In this document: positions 61,749 to 64,000 of the stretch, one piece after another
How the letters are laid out: each line of letters opens with the position of its first letter
Numbering within the stretch: the stretch's first letter is position 1
Source of the DNA: Mobula hypostoma
Taxonomy: Eukaryota
Length of the DNA: 64,000 nucleotides
Direction of reading: 5' to 3'
NCBI RefSeq assembly: GCF_963921235.1
Contig: NC_086108.1
Location: 31,808,001-31,872,000 of the forward strand
The notes under the pieces: generated by a model
The model's input: the letters and a program-made list of their open reading frames with translations, nothing else
Database searches by the model: none
Told to the model about the DNA's origin: nothing
Made by a program: the position numbers and the translations under genes

Positions 61749-64000
61749 TAGATAGAAAATAGGTTCAGGAGTAGGCCATTCGGCCCTTCGAGCCTGCACC
61801 GCCATTTATTATGATCATGGCTGATCATCCAACTCAGAACCCCGCCCCAGCCTTCCCTCCATACCCCCTGATCCCCGTAGCCACAAGGGCCATATCTAAC
61901 TCCCTCTTAAATATAGCCAATGAACTGGCCTCAACTGTTTCCTGTGGCAGAGAATTCCACAGATTCACCACTCTCTGTGTGAAGAAGTTTTTCCTAATCT
62001 CGGTCCTAAAAGGCTTCCCCTTTATCCTCAAACTGTGACCCCTTGTTCTGGACTTCCCCAACATCGGGAACAATCTTCCTGCATCTAGCCTGTCCAATCC
62101 CTTTAGGATTTTATACGTTTCAATCAGATCCCCTCTCAATCTTCTAAATTCCAACGAGTACAAGCCCAGTTCATCCAGTCTTTCTTCATATGAAAGTCCT
62201 GCCATCCCAGGAATCAATCTGGTGAACCTTCTTTGTACTCCCTCTATGGCAAGGATGTCTTCCCTCAGATTAGGGAACCAAAACTGCACATAATACTCCA
62301 GGTGTGGTCTCACCAAGGCCTTGTACAACTGCAGTAGTACCTCCCTGCTCCTGTACTCGAATCCTCTCGCTATAACTGCCAGCATACCATTCGCCTTTTT
62401 CACCGCCTGCTGTACCTGCATGCCCACTTTCAATGACTGGTGTATAATGACACCCAGGTCTCGTTGCACCTCCCCTTTTCCTAATCGGCCACCATTCAGA
62501 TAATAATCTGTTTTCCTATTTTTGCCACCAAAGTGGATAACTTCACATTTATCCACATTAAATTGCATCTGCCATGAATTTGCCCACTCATCCAACCTAT
62601 CCAAGTCACTCTGCATCCTCTCAGCATCCTCCTCACAGCTAACACTGCCACCCAGCTTCATGTCATCCGCAAACTTGGAGATGCTGCATTTAATTCCCTC
62701 ATCCAAGTCATTAATATATATTGTAAACAACTGGGGTCCCAGCACTGAGCCTTGCGGTACCCCACTAGTCACCGCCTGCCATTCTGAAAAGATCCCGTTT
62801 ATTCCCACTCTTTGCTTCCTGTCTGCTAACCAATTCTCCATCCACATCAATACCTTACCCCCAATACCGTGTGCTTTAAGTTTGCACACTAATCTCCTGT
62901 GTGGGATCTTGTCAAAAGCCTTTTGAAAATCCAAATATACCACATCCACTGGTTCTCCCCTATCCACTCTACTAGTTACATCCTCAAAAAATTCTATGAG
63001 ATTCATCGGACACGATTTTCCTTTCACAAATCCATGCTGACTTTGTCCGATGATTTCACCGCTTTCCAAATGTGCTGTTATCACATCTTTGGTAACTGAC
63101 TCCAGCAGTTTCCCCACCGCCGACGTTAGGCTAACCGGTCTATAATTCCCCGGTTTCTCTCTCCCTCCTTTTTTAAAAAGTGGAGTTACATTAGCCACCC
63201 TCCAATCTTCAGGAACTAGTCCAGAATCTAACGAGTTTTGAAAAATTATCACTAATGCATCCACTATTTCTTGGGCTACTTCCTTAAGCACTCTAGGATG
63301 CAGACCATCTGGCCCTGGGGATTTATCTGCCTTCAATCCCTTCAATTTACCTAACACCACTTCCCTACTAACATGTATTTCACTCAGTTCCTCCATCTCA
63401 CCTGACCCTCTGTCCCCTACTATTTCTGGAAGATTATTTATGCCCTCCTTAGTGAAGACAGAACCAAAGTAATTATTCAATTGGTCTGCCATGTCCTTGC
63501 TCCCCATAATCAATTCACCTGTTTCTGTCTGTAGGGGACCTACATTTGTCTTTACCAGTCTTTTCCTTTTTACATATCTATAAAAGCTTTTACAGTCAGT
63601 TTTTATGTTCCCTGCCAGTTTTTTCTCATAATCTTTTTTCCCCTTCCTAATTAAGCCCTTTGTCCTCCTCTGCTGAACTCTGAATTTCTCCCAGTCCTCA
63701 GGTGAGCCACTTTCTCTGGCTAATTTGTATGCTTCTTCTTGGAATTGATACTATCCCTAATTTCTCTTGTCAGCCACAGGTGCACTACCTTCCTTGATTT
63801 ATTCTTTTGCCAAACTGGGATGAACAATTGTTGTAGTTCATCCATGCAACCTTTAAATGCTAGCCACTGCATATCCAACGTCAATCCTTTAAGTGTCATT
63901 TGCCAGTCTATCTTAGCTAATTCACGTCTCATACCTTCAAAGTTACCCTTCTTTAAGTTCAGAACCTTTGTTTCTGAATTAACTATGTCACTCTCCATCT
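61749..64000 (-). mobile_element. Young CR1 LINE running off the right edge, with a 559-aa uninterrupted RT-containing frame (61834-63513)
   Basis: CR1 RT motifs lie in one frame through the C-terminus (GIRGYGGKAGAGF). There is an apparent frameshift near 63720-63740. Confidence 0.96.

Noticed and set aside
1..64000. Prokaryotic-type systems (CRISPR arrays, operons, retrons) or rRNA/tRNA genes
   Set aside because: No regularly spaced repeat-spacer array or RNA gene was seen. The RT and nuclease ORFs I could identify belong to eukaryotic retrotransposon clades inside spliceosomal introns.

Overview
Eukaryotic (vertebrate) genomic DNA. The repeat content (CR1, Penelope-like, Rex1/Babar, fish-type L1, Tc1, Tigger, hAT) suggests a cartilaginous fish, probably a ray; this is inference. 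Two host genes diverge from a ~0.85 kb CpG-rich bidirectional promoter at ~56.1-56.9 kb. SUCO is on the minus strand: I reconstructed coding exons 1-8 by hand with consistent splice phases, including a 43.4 kb intron 1 and a GC-AG intron 4, and the gene continues off the left edge. TMED5 is on the plus strand, exon 1 only. Much of the remaining sequence is nested, decayed transposable elements. The most notable structure is a set of Penelope-like insertions, several only 120-240 bp and folded back on themselves. They carry a minimal hammerhead-ribozyme motif, have 13-14 bp AT-rich target-site duplications, and their inversion or truncation points cluster at the ribozyme. Gene and family identities come from remembered protein motifs, not database searches. 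Boundaries of old degenerate repeats are approximate.
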